64,000 bases of DNA. Origin: a virus (taxonomy: Duplodnaviria; Caudoviricetes). A program made the translations under genes and the position numbers. The notes under the pieces were generated by a model, which saw only the letters and a program-made list of their open reading frames with translations, did no database searches and was not told the origin of the DNA. The stretch covers positions 180,951-244,950 of the IMG/VR virus record IMGVR_UViG_2974508059_000001; one strand, 5' to 3'. The number at the start of each line of letters is the position of its first letter. Positions within the stretch are counted from its first letter, which is position 1. This document shows positions 48,072 through 57,728 of the stretch, one piece after another.

Positions 48072-50117
48072 TCACCCCCGACGTGTCACTTTGATAGTGG
48101 TATTGAATTGAGTCAGCAATACACCGCCGGCACAGTTCAGGTCCAGTGTGATTGAGTACCCGTTCGCGATGTCTTCTGCTGTGAAGTAGGCTTTCGGCGT
48201 GATATCAGCGATACCATCCAGACGGCCTGCTAAACGAGCAATGATGTTGTTTTCAACATCCTTCGCGACTTCGTCACGGGTCATGCGGTCTTCACCAGTG
48301 GTGTCGGCCCAGACGCGATCGGAAACACGGTAGACGTAAGTCATCGCGGCGTTGAACATTGCGTTGTTCAGAACGGAACGGTCTTCGCTGTAGATGGACT
48401 GAATCGCCGGAATGAACAGACGATAGTAGTCGAAGCTACGCGCGGTGATGAGGTTCGCTTCCCAGTCGGAGGCGTACACGTCATTACCCTTCCACGGCTG
48501 TGACAGGTCAGCCAAATCTTCAATCACGGTTTTGGAACCGCGGTTGAAACGGGCTTCTGTCTTACAGATGCCATTACCCGCGCCCATGTACTTGGAGAAG
48601 AAGCTTGCGATACTGTAGAGCATCGGCACGCGCTTTTTCCAGCTGGAGTTACGGATGATGGCAGACTGGCCAGCAATCAGACCACGTGCCGCCGGGGTAC
48701 CGAAGAAATCGGATTCCGGGATGGAGGTGATCATTTCGTTCAGCGCAATCTTCGCCGCTTCTTCGGTCTGGTCGTCGTTGGTACCTTGGTTGTACACGTG
48801 CGTACACAGTGCCAAGAAGGTATTACGAGACCCGGCGAGGAAGTTGCACAGCGACTGCTTGGTTTCCATGCTGAAACCGGAGTCCCAGAAGAAGCCCAGT
48901 GAGTATTTCAACTCATTGTCGTAGCGCACTTTACCGCCGTCCGGGAACAGCTGCATTTCACGGCTGACGAGTTCGTCGTAGACGTCGTCATTCATGGTGC
49001 CGTCTGAACCGCCAGACAGGAAGTGGATATTGCTGCCGCCCAGAATGGCTTTGCCGGTGACGGTTGCAGAGTTAACCTGCAGACCATCGTACAGACCGCC
49101 GTTCAAGTCGTAACCTGCGAAGATGTCCACGAGCCATTTCGACGTAGGCGCTTTCGGACCCACAACCGCGAAGGCCAAGTCCAGAACCGCTTCCATGTTT
49201 TCTTGGTAAACGTGGAACTCTTCGAACGGACCGTAGTCCGGCAGGTTGCCGTAATCCGGCAGCTTGTTACGGTAGCTGTCCGCAACAACGTTAGCGAAGT
49301 CCAGGTCGAGCTTCATCGCTTGATAATATGCATCAGGCATAAAGCTGAACTTGATGCTGCTGAGTCCGCCGATTGTCTTCCAGATGACGGGAGACGTAAC
49401 CCCTTTCAGGGTTTCGAAGAACTGCAGGCTGAACACGCGCGCGCCAACGTCTTCTTGATACTTCGCCGACAACGCCGGTGAAGATTTGGCATGCAACGGA
49501 ACGAGTTTATAGCCGAAGCCATTCGCGTCCGCGCCCGCATATGGGGCTTTAATGTCCCACATCGGATAAAGCTTGGACTTCTGTCCGCCGGTTCCGGTGC
49601 GATCGCCATCGACGACTTTACCATTTTTGAATTCGCCGGTCTGTTCGTTAATCTCGACAACGCGATAAACGATGTCCAGACCCAGTACCTGCGATTCAAC
49701 CTTCGGCTTGCCATCGGCACCGTACTGCACTGCGCCGTTAGCGTCACGGGTGTATTTGGGAACTTCCGTTTCCAAAACATCCGCTACCATACGGTGCGTT
49801 GCGGTGGCGGCATCGTCAGGCACCAAACGCTGCATCATCATCTCGTTCGCGTTGGCGTTGAACATTGCCATAAACGGCGTGTTGAACGTTACGAACGGAC
49901 TGCGCAAATCGAACAGGTTGCGTCCGAAAAGTGACAAAGCATTATCCCCGACAACCGGGAACGCCTCGTTGTCCACATTGCGCTGCGCGAAGGTGAAGAT
50001 CAGCGGCTTATGAATGGGGTCACCGGTTGGTGTCCGCACAAGCGGTAGGACAGAAATATCCTGCCACCCCTGCTTGTTATTCAATGGCGCGCCGTTTCGT
50101 GGAATAAAAATACTCAT
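48072..50117 (-). CDS. Contractile tail sheath protein (phiKZ gp29-like)
   Basis: About 680 aa; LSGGSDGT, FWDSGFS.ETK and PES.FFGTP..R motifs; GGAG SD before ATG 50117. Confidence 0.85.
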   Translation of the reverse strand: MSIFIPRNGAPLNNKQGWQDISVLPLVRTPTGDPIHKPLIFTFAQRNVDNEAFPVVGDNALSLFGRNLFDLRSPFVTFNTPFMAMFNANANEMMMQRLVPDDAATATHRMVADVLETEVPKYTRDANGAVQYGADGKPKVESQVLGLDIVYRVVEINEQTGEFKNGKVVDGDRTGTGGQKSKLYPMWDIKAPYAGADANGFGYKLVPLHAKSSPALSAKYQEDVGARVFSLQFFETLKGVTSPVIWKTIGGLSSIKFSFMPDAYYQAMKLDLDFANVVADSYRNKLPDYGNLPDYGPFEEFHVYQENMEAVLDLAFAVVGPKAPTSKWLVDIFAGYDLNGGLYDGLQVNSATVTGKAILGGSNIHFLSGGSDGTMNDDVYDELVSREMQLFPDGGKVRYDNELKYSLGFFWDSGFSMETKQSLCNFLAGSRNTFLALCTHVYNQGTNDDQTEEAAKIALNEMITSIPESDFFGTPAARGLIAGQSAIIRNSSWKKRVPMLYSIASFFSKYMGAGNGICKTEARFNRGSKTVIEDLADLSQPWKGNDVYASDWEANLITARSFDYYRLFIPAIQSIYSEDRSVLNNAMFNAAMTYVYRVSDRVWADTTGEDRMTRDEVAKDVENNIIARLAGRLDGIADITPKAYFTAEDIANGYSITLDLNCAGGVLLTQFNTTIKVTRRG

Positions 50118-50157
50118 GGACGCTTCTCCATACATTCGTCTTTAAAGACCAGATGGT

Positions 50158-50166
50158 CATACTAAG
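50158..50166 (-). promoter_or_regulatory. Putative late promoter CTTAGTATG
   Basis: Identical to 9734-9742; lies upstream of the sheath gene. Confidence 0.5.
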
Positions 50167-50176
50167 GTAATCACCC

Positions 50177-51082
50177 ATGGCTCTCGAAAACGCTTACACA
50201 GGCAATATCTTTCGCAGCTTTGACTTAGCCTCAATCAAAGCCCAGATTCTTCTGGCACGCGGACTTAACCAAACGGTTGCCCAGTCTGAGGAAGTCCACT
50301 ACGTGGTCGAGACTGCCGATGTGACACCGTTTCCTCTCCCGATTATTATCGAGAATGACGTGTATGTAGACGCACGTACATTTACCACGCTGGATAAAAC
50401 CGGCGCGCTAAAAATTCGAAACCCGATCGAGCACGCTATGCGACTCGACCAGGCCCGTTGGGAATTGGTGTGGAAACGGAACAACGGTAAGCTGGGTGCG
50501 CTCATGGCGCAACTGCCCTACCACCATGAAGTTTTCAGTAAATGGGTGAGTGATACAATCTCTCATGCATTTTCACTCGCTCCATATCAAAGCGGGCAAG
50601 TTCAAGCTTTGGCAGCGATGTTCTCTGTTGGGCAGTTCTACAACAACTTTTCTGACGACGCGCAGATGTTCCGGTTGCAGCAATTAATGAGCCGCGACCT
50701 CGGTATTCCGTTCAACTTGTTTGAAAGCGTGACCGGCAATACCGACCATCTGTTCCCGCGCGACGCCGCAGAGTTTGTAGAAACCCTCAAGGCCGCTGAC
50801 ATCACGCCGCGTCTGAGTGACTTCTCTGTCCTGACGCTGAACCAAGCATTGGCAACCAGCTTCTTTGGGGTGAGCTACGACAAACAGTTGTGCTGGAGTG
50901 CGATTGAGTATCCGCCGTCTCTGATGGTGATGATCAAGACCTGCTTAGAGCATAACATGTACAACCGCTCCCGGTTGGGCGCTGTCGTGAAGAAAACCAA
51001 CGTGTCGAAGAAAAAGGACAAGTTCCTCTTTACCTACAACACGATTCTGAACCAGTCGTCTAAACCGACCAACATACAGTAA
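50177..51082 (+). CDS. Virion structural protein (phiKZ gp28-like)
   Basis: Divergent from the sheath gene; synteny. Confidence 0.7.
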   Translation: MALENAYTGNIFRSFDLASIKAQILLARGLNQTVAQSEEVHYVVETADVTPFPLPIIIENDVYVDARTFTTLDKTGALKIRNPIEHAMRLDQARWELVWKRNNGKLGALMAQLPYHHEVFSKWVSDTISHAFSLAPYQSGQVQALAAMFSVGQFYNNFSDDAQMFRLQQLMSRDLGIPFNLFESVTGNTDHLFPRDAAEFVETLKAADITPRLSDFSVLTLNQALATSFFGVSYDKQLCWSAIEYPPSLMVMIKTCLEHNMYNRSRLGAVVKKTNVSKKKDKFLFTYNTILNQSSKPTNIQ

Positions 51083-51092
51083 GAGGCACGTC

Positions 51093-53609
51093 ATGGAGAA
51101 ATGGCTCGTCCACCACGCAGCGCAAAATGCGTGGCAGCGCCCGTATCTCGATGGACAACTGAATGTTCGCCCTGCCCGTTTGACTCCGGTCACGGGCGGG
51201 ATTAACTTTGTGCGTGAAGGCGGGGGTCTTACCCCGATGCCTGACCAAGGTTCATGGTGGCATGTTTTCCACATTGGAAAACTCCATCCGAGCTATGGCA
51301 ATCTGGCAATTGGGGCCGGCATGTGGAAACGTGTCTCGACCTGCATTAACGCCTTTAGCGCATTCATTCTGTTGTACAACGAAGCGGGTGTCACGATTCC
51401 GGCACACAACGCGTATTTCTACCGTCGCCCGAACGGTGCGGTGTTACTGGCCATTCCCCAGTCAGACCGTTACAAGTGGCTGGAGACTGACGGTCTGTAC
51501 GTGCGCTTCTATCCGGGCTATGACGGTGGCTCGAATGCTCCGCTCATTAACCCAACCAGTATTGAGTACCACGTTATCTCCACCCTGCAGAACCGGCAGA
51601 AAGCATTTGACCGTTACACACTGTTGCGCTCCACTGCGAAAGGGTACGTGACGCTGTGGGTCAACGGCAAGTGCATTGACAATCCACAGGTGGCGGATAT
51701 CACCCTGTGGGATGATTTTGAAATCCGGGTAGATGGCCGGGTGAAACGTGTGGTGGATTTCCGTTGTGGCGACCTGCCAACCTTTATCTCTGAACTCGAC
51801 GGTAAGCGCAAGTATTTATTGCACCTGCCGAAACAACCAGGGACGTGGGCGTTTAACAACGACGTGGAACTCCATGTGCTGTATAAGCGCGAGGTGCGTT
51901 ACTACCACCGTCATCGTCAGCAGGCGGTGCGTAACCTTACGTGGAACGACATGTCAATTCCAGCCGAGCGGGTGTCGCAGTTACTGAACTCCTATTCGGT
52001 TGGGGTGAGTGACATTGATGACATCGTGATTCGCGTGTTGATTCGTGACGATTTCTTGGACTTGGCTCCGCTGTTCAATACTGACCATGTGCATGACCTC
52101 TACAAAATGTCCGATGAACAAATCATTGCGGCATTGGTGGGTGCACAAGCGACGTTGCCAACATGGCAGGCCTCTAAGCTCGAGCAATCGTACGCCAACC
52201 GTTTGGCCGCGGCGAAGCCCAACAACGTCACCCGCGACTTCTGCACCAAAGCCTACGGCTACAATGCGGTAACGCGTTATGCCGCGGACACACCTCAGCG
52301 TTTAACGATGGATGCACGGGGTTGGTTCTGTGTGCTCCCGGCACTGCTTGCTGAGGAGTCGGCCGTTTACGAATACGACGGCAACGGTTTGTTGTTGGGT
52401 TACCAGCCCCACAAGGGTGGCAGCCTGTACTACGCCAAGAACCCGAACGCCCGTATCGTGGAAGCCATTGCCGGCACAGCCGGTACCTCGGTGACCATCA
52501 CGGACAACGCCCCGGACTTCACCATTGCCGATGGCGATAACGTGGGTCTTTGGATACGCATCGTGAAAAGCGATGTGCCAACCAATGACTACTACGCCGC
52601 GGTCGAGGGGGACGACTACGTCCGTAACGGAAATCTGATTACGTGGAAGGTTGACCGCACCCGCCGTCACCCGACTGTGATTCATGATAACCAGCATCTG
52701 TTCTTTGAAACCGATGTCAAGTTAACGGAAGGGGAGATTCGGGTTGCGATTACGGCCACGAACCAGAACGGGGATGCGCGTACGTTGTGGATTCCAATGG
52801 AAACCGTAGAAGCGTGGTTGAACGGACACCCGTTGGTGCACTCGATTGACTACGTGACGCACTGGCCCGATGTGGCCGTGGTGTGTAAGTCGTGGTCATC
52901 CGACACCGACATCAACCGGGTTGCAATTCGTGCCCGCGGTGTGACTGGCGAGTTAAAGATCCCGAAATGCGGCTTTGTCGCCAACGGGCTTTTCTCCAAC
53001 AACTCACACTTCGATGTGCGTGATGACAAAGTGATTCGTGTTGTGGCCGGTGGGGGTCTGTTACTGCGCGATGATGTGGTGTTCCGCGAGGATTCGTCTA
53101 TTGGCTCCGATATCGTGGCCGATGGGTTCCCGTTCTCGGTGGATGACCCGACCATTCCGTTACGGGACACGGTCACGGGCAACACCTACGAGTTGCGTGA
53201 TGCAGCCCGGGCATTGGACAGCGCGGTTGAGGATTACCTCTCCGTTAAACTGCCAACGCCACCACCAAACCCTCTGGTGACCATTCCGCACTGGTATCAT
53301 CTGTATTCGCCATTGCTGAACAAACTACTCTGGGACCATAAGTCCGGTGCCCTCACCTTGGTTGAGGATGACCCGAACTATCGTATCTCCACCCAACAGC
53401 TCGATGAGATTATGCAGCGGTATAACTACCTGCTGAAATTCGACCCGGCGTACGTGGGCTACGATGAGGTCTTTGTGAAGGTGCACCCGCACATCCAGTA
53501 TTCTGTCATGGAAGTGGATGAGTTGATGTTTGCGTTTGCTGACCGAGTGAACCAACGTTACCTGCGTGGCAAAGTGCAGCTAAACCAGTATCTAAAAATC
53601 AAGGGCTAA
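51093..53609 (+). CDS. Virion structural protein (phiKZ gp27-like)
   Basis: 838 aa, beta-rich; synteny. Confidence 0.7.
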   Translation: MEKWLVHHAAQNAWQRPYLDGQLNVRPARLTPVTGGINFVREGGGLTPMPDQGSWWHVFHIGKLHPSYGNLAIGAGMWKRVSTCINAFSAFILLYNEAGVTIPAHNAYFYRRPNGAVLLAIPQSDRYKWLETDGLYVRFYPGYDGGSNAPLINPTSIEYHVISTLQNRQKAFDRYTLLRSTAKGYVTLWVNGKCIDNPQVADITLWDDFEIRVDGRVKRVVDFRCGDLPTFISELDGKRKYLLHLPKQPGTWAFNNDVELHVLYKREVRYYHRHRQQAVRNLTWNDMSIPAERVSQLLNSYSVGVSDIDDIVIRVLIRDDFLDLAPLFNTDHVHDLYKMSDEQIIAALVGAQATLPTWQASKLEQSYANRLAAAKPNNVTRDFCTKAYGYNAVTRYAADTPQRLTMDARGWFCVLPALLAEESAVYEYDGNGLLLGYQPHKGGSLYYAKNPNARIVEAIAGTAGTSVTITDNAPDFTIADGDNVGLWIRIVKSDVPTNDYYAAVEGDDYVRNGNLITWKVDRTRRHPTVIHDNQHLFFETDVKLTEGEIRVAITATNQNGDARTLWIPMETVEAWLNGHPLVHSIDYVTHWPDVAVVCKSWSSDTDINRVAIRARGVTGELKIPKCGFVANGLFSNNSHFDVRDDKVIRVVAGGGLLLRDDVVFREDSSIGSDIVADGFPFSVDDPTIPLRDTVTGNTYELRDAARALDSAVEDYLSVKLPTPPPNPLVTIPHWYHLYSPLLNKLLWDHKSGALTLVEDDPNYRISTQQLDEIMQRYNYLLKFDPAYVGYDEVFVKVHPHIQYSVMEVDELMFAFADRVNQRYLRGKVQLNQYLKIKG

Positions 53610-53612
53610 GCC

Positions 53613-55256
53613 ATGGCATTAACTTCAGACATCATCGACAAGGACCGCGGCTGGCGTCCGTGGGGTGCCGGTGATCTTTACGACAAGATCACGGGGACAG
53701 GGTTTGTTCCCAATCCCACGGATTGGATTTACCACCCAGACACCAACATCGTTTACAAAGTGCTCACTGTTAACTACAGTGAGCCATCGTGGACGGTGGA
53801 ACTGTTAAACGGGATTCCGCTGGTTAACGACGGCAAACCGTTGGGTGGGCATTATCCTCTGCGCTCGGACAAGTTCCGTGTCTACGTTGACACCACTAAA
53901 AACCCGGCGACCATGACGTTTGATAAAAACGTCACGTGGAACGGGGCGGACTTGGAAGGTATCCGTATCTTCCGCGGGACCGACATCACCGACAGTGGTG
54001 AAATCCTCTCCGGGTCGTACAAAGATGGTCGACTGGATAAAACCTATCTGCCGCTGCAGGCGATTTCCAATCAGGGTGCTGACACCGTGGTGAAACAAGC
54101 CCTGCCGGGTGCTTGCTTAGCCGCCGTCGAGCACGGGGACATGTTCAGCTTCGTGGTCTACGACGATGTGGGCAACGGGGTCGCAATGGGTTCCGGTTAC
54201 ATCATCAAAACCAATCTGGTGATGGCACTTGAAACGCCAGCGCGAACTATCCTCAACATCAAACTGGTGAGCCCGTTTATCTCGGGTGATGACTCCTCGG
54301 TGTTGACACTGCCGATTAACATGCCGCTGGAATCCATTCCGTTGTGGTGTGAAGTCCAGTACAACGACGGGGTCAAGACGCTGGCCGTGGACGGCTCTCG
54401 TGTGAAACTGAACGGCTTGCGTAACTCCGGTGCGCACGACACGTTCTACATTTCCTCGAATGCCGGCAATGAGCTGCCGCTGACGCTGAGTTACCAGTTG
54501 GCCAAAGGCGAATCGTACGCAGGGGATAATCTGGTCGATGGCAAAACCATCGTGAAGGATTACACCGCTGTCACCGAGGCGGTCGATGGGGCCTACTCCA
54601 TGAAACTGTTTGTGGTGCCTGTGTGGTTGGATTCCACCCGTGGTGTGCGCTTGCAGTATCTGTTGTACAACCTGACCCGTGGCACCGTTTACGATGCGAC
54701 TGCGCAAATCAACTACACCGGCGGTTCGTCGTTTGACCCAACGCTTTACGGGGTTAAGCAACGTCTGAACGTGCAGTGTGATATCAGCAAGGTCAACACC
54801 GCTTACCGTCCGTACACGCACCCGCAGTCCTTTAGCATCACGCTGATGAACCCGGGTACGGAGAAAGACACCAACTTCGTGCTGGAGTATCTGCCTAACG
54901 GGCTGAAGTACGGCGAGAAGATTTGGGCGGAGTTCAAATACTCGAACGTCACCTATTCTGAATTGGACGTGTCTTGCCAGAAGACCTCGAAGGCAGAATG
55001 GTTGGCAGCCTTGTACGATCCTATCTATCCGCTGTTTGACCGTCGTAATGAAGATGGTCCTCCAACGCCAACCCATTTCCAGATTCATATCGGGGGTAAT
55101 ATTTACACCTACGAGATTGACGACTGGATGGCGAAGAAGGTCATCAATTACAAAGTGGGCTTGGATGCCTCGTTGGTCATTCGTTGGCTGCGTCGTACGC
55201 CAACGGACGAATTGCAGTTAGGTGCAACCCCGATGTTGGCACACCACATCGAATAA
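53613..55256 (+). CDS. Virion structural protein (phiKZ gp26-like)
   Basis: 547 aa, beta-rich; directly upstream of the terminase. Confidence 0.7.
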   Translation: MALTSDIIDKDRGWRPWGAGDLYDKITGTGFVPNPTDWIYHPDTNIVYKVLTVNYSEPSWTVELLNGIPLVNDGKPLGGHYPLRSDKFRVYVDTTKNPATMTFDKNVTWNGADLEGIRIFRGTDITDSGEILSGSYKDGRLDKTYLPLQAISNQGADTVVKQALPGACLAAVEHGDMFSFVVYDDVGNGVAMGSGYIIKTNLVMALETPARTILNIKLVSPFISGDDSSVLTLPINMPLESIPLWCEVQYNDGVKTLAVDGSRVKLNGLRNSGAHDTFYISSNAGNELPLTLSYQLAKGESYAGDNLVDGKTIVKDYTAVTEAVDGAYSMKLFVVPVWLDSTRGVRLQYLLYNLTRGTVYDATAQINYTGGSSFDPTLYGVKQRLNVQCDISKVNTAYRPYTHPQSFSITLMNPGTEKDTNFVLEYLPNGLKYGEKIWAEFKYSNVTYSELDVSCQKTSKAEWLAALYDPIYPLFDRRNEDGPPTPTHFQIHIGGNIYTYEIDDWMAKKVINYKVGLDASLVIRWLRRTPTDELQLGATPMLAHHIE

Positions 55257-55266
55257 AAAGAACTGC

Positions 55267-55294
55267 GTACCCCCGGCCAAAAGGTCGGGGGTAC
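55267..55294 (+). promoter_or_regulatory. Stable hairpin immediately upstream of the terminase SD
   Basis: GTACCCCCGGCC-AAAA-GGTCGGGGGTAC with no downstream T-tract. Confidence 0.55.
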
Positions 55295-55306
55295 CGGGAG
55301 GACTGT

Positions 55307-57415
55307 ATGATCTTACGTGAATCGGATTGGGGATTACACCCCGGCTCGATCGTCCACGACAACACACGTAACAAGCACTTTCTAAAATTTGCTGATACGC
55401 TGCTGGGGTTGGGGGTACGACACTATTACCTGCACCTTGCCTTGCACAACCCTGCGCTGAAAGACGTCGATCCGTTTGACCCCGATTTGACGATTCAGCA
55501 AAAGGCCGATGTCATTCATGAGTGTGCAGAGAACCCGTGGTACTACTTCCGTGAATGCTTACGCGTTCCGGCGGATGGTTCAACCGGCGTACCGTTTAAA
55601 ATCGACCGCGGTAACTTTGCGCTGTACTGGATATTCTTCAACAACATCGACGTCGCGCTGGAGTTCCTACGCCAGCACGGTAAAACCATCGGTGTGGCCT
55701 CACTGGAATCGTGGCTCCTGCGCTTTCTGGAAAACTCGCGTACCATCCATGTTACCAAAGGGCCGGTCCTGCGTGAGGAAACCATTAACACCTTAAAGCG
55801 TCTGCGTGACGGTTTGCCAGATTATCTTTGGCCGATTCACAAAGACGACCCGGACAACAAAGAATCCTTTGCGTGTCTCGCCATGGGTAACAAGCTTATC
55901 ACGGCTATCGGTCAGAACGACCAACAGTCTGCCAACGGTGTGGGTCGTGGACTTACGGCCGGTCGCCTGTTCTCGGATGAGGGCCCCTTCACCAAACACA
56001 TTCACGATATCTTGCCAGCGGCATTGGGTTCCGGTACTGCGGCACGTCGTATCAACGAAGAGAACGGGGTACCTTACGGCAACGTGTTCGCCACGACGCC
56101 GGGTGACTTGGCCACCGACGAAGGTAAGTTCATGTATGAGCTCATGACCTCAGGGATTATGTGGGATGAGCGCTACATCGATATCGCCACCCGTAAAGAG
56201 CTGATTGACCTTATCCGTCTGAACTCCACGGCGCGCATCCCGCGTATCATGTTCTACGTGAAGTTTACCCACCGACAGCTCGGTACCAGTGACGAAGAGC
56301 TCGCGAGCATGATTGCCAACGCCACCGGTACACCCGACCAGATTCGTCGTGACTACGGCGGTCAATGGACCACAGGTGGTTTGAACAAACCGTACTCAGA
56401 AGAAGATGCTGCACGCATGACGAAGTCTCGTACCCGTGCGGAGTTCAAAGACATCTCTTCCTCCGGTTACGTCACGGACTGGTATTACAAAGAGTCCGAG
56501 ATTGGCAGCAAGTTGCGCGCGCGTCACATCATCGGTTTGGATACCTCTGAAGCGGTGGGTCGAGATGCGATTGCAATGTCGATTGTGAATTCCGAGACTG
56601 CTGAAATGGCCGGTAAATTAACCGTAAACGAAACCAACGTTATCGGCTTCGCCATTCACCTCGCGAATTTCATGATAAAATATGAGAATACTGTTTTGAT
56701 TCTCGAAAGACGTAGCACAGGGTCTTCAGTTGCCGATGCAATAATCTTGCAGCTGCAATCGAAGGTGCGTGATTTACACCGACGTCTGTATGTGCGCATT
56801 ACCCAGGACTATAGCCGTAATGATGAGCTCTTTAAAGAGTACCATCGTGGTCCGGGCAATTTCCCAGAGAAGTTCTGGGACAAGTTCCGTAAGTACATAG
56901 GCTTCTCTACGGATCAGAACAAACGCCTTAAGCTTTATGGTGAAGTCTTTACCATGGCACTGCGTCTGTCTGCGCACCTCATCCGGTCTGGGGAACTGAT
57001 TGACCAGATTCTCAGTTTGGTCGAGCGTAGTGGTCGTATTGACCACCAACGTTCAGGGCACGATGACTTGGTAATCTCTTGGTTGCTGGCAATGTGGCTG
57101 CTTATCTTCGGTAAGAATCTCGCGCATTATGAGATTTCCAATCACCGTTTGATGATCCGTAACAAAACCATGCTCGAAGGAGGTGATACCCAAGATGAAG
57201 AAAAGTTGGTGGAGGAAGAACAAAAACAACAACAGCTGATGGGTGAGATTGAGGCGGTTATCCGTAGCATGCAGGGGGTTGCATGTCCAGTGAAAACCAT
57301 GCAGTTGAAGAATAAGCTTCAGCACCTTGTCAGTCAACTTAACACTGATATGCGAAACGTCGCATCGATGGAAAGTCTTAAGGACTTGATCCAGCGGCAA
57401 AGGATGAATTCATGA
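55307..57415 (+). CDS. terL: Terminase large subunit
   Basis: ENPWYYFRE, Walker A RQHGKT, GRGLT, Walker B LFSDE, ATTPG; nuclease motifs IGLDTSE, ILERRS and HDDLVISW. GGAGG SD before ATG 55307. Confidence 0.93.
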   Translation: MILRESDWGLHPGSIVHDNTRNKHFLKFADTLLGLGVRHYYLHLALHNPALKDVDPFDPDLTIQQKADVIHECAENPWYYFRECLRVPADGSTGVPFKIDRGNFALYWIFFNNIDVALEFLRQHGKTIGVASLESWLLRFLENSRTIHVTKGPVLREETINTLKRLRDGLPDYLWPIHKDDPDNKESFACLAMGNKLITAIGQNDQQSANGVGRGLTAGRLFSDEGPFTKHIHDILPAALGSGTAARRINEENGVPYGNVFATTPGDLATDEGKFMYELMTSGIMWDERYIDIATRKELIDLIRLNSTARIPRIMFYVKFTHRQLGTSDEELASMIANATGTPDQIRRDYGGQWTTGGLNKPYSEEDAARMTKSRTRAEFKDISSSGYVTDWYYKESEIGSKLRARHIIGLDTSEAVGRDAIAMSIVNSETAEMAGKLTVNETNVIGFAIHLANFMIKYENTVLILERRSTGSSVADAIILQLQSKVRDLHRRLYVRITQDYSRNDELFKEYHRGPGNFPEKFWDKFRKYIGFSTDQNKRLKLYGEVFTMALRLSAHLIRSGELIDQILSLVERSGRIDHQRSGHDDLVISWLLAMWLLIFGKNLAHYEISNHRLMIRNKTMLEGGDTQDEEKLVEEEQKQQQLMGEIEAVIRSMQGVACPVKTMQLKNKLQHLVSQLNTDMRNVASMESLKDLIQRQRMNS

Positions 57416-57666
57416 CTGTATTTTACTTTATAAGCGTGTTCATTGTGTGGGGCATTGTCTTTGCTATTGCAACGCACCTTTTACATGCTGTCCGGGACTA
57501 CGGACGACGGGAACATTTAGGCGTGGTAGCTATTGCCCGCTGTAAGGTTATCGTCATCTCGTTTGTACTGGTTGCCGGAATGGCTTCTAATTACGGCATG
57601 TCACAAGTTTATCGAATGCATCAGGCGGCAGTAGTGGCGGCTGAATCGGCGGTGAAGGTTGCCTAA
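57412..57666 (+). CDS. Small membrane protein with two predicted TM segments
   Basis: Two hydrophobic stretches separated by a basic loop; ATGA overlap with terL. Confidence 0.65.
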   Translation: MTVFYFISVFIVWGIVFAIATHLLHAVRDYGRREHLGVVAIARCKVIVISFVLVAGMASNYGMSQVYRMHQAAVVAAESAVKVA

Positions 57667-57686
57667 TACTGCACCAACAAATAATT

Positions 57687-57728
57687 AATACCCCCGACGC
57701 AGGTCGGGGGTATTCCTCTTTATTTTTT
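57687..57728. terminator. Bidirectional terminator between convergent genes
   Basis: AATACCCCCGAC-GCAG-GTCGGGGGTATT stem with T-tract. Confidence 0.85.

Noticed and set aside
36260-55088. Long antisense ORFs such as 36260-37105 and 54117-55088
   Set aside because: Shadows of strongly codon-biased sense genes, with no motifs or SD.
33509-57415. Inteins or introns in RNAP subunits or terminase
   Set aside because: ORFs are continuous and of expected size; no intein C...HN-[CST] or LAGLIDADG motifs noticed.
57412-57666. Holin call for the two-TM protein
   Set aside because: No adjacent endolysin, dual start or charged C-terminal tail; kept as a generic membrane protein.
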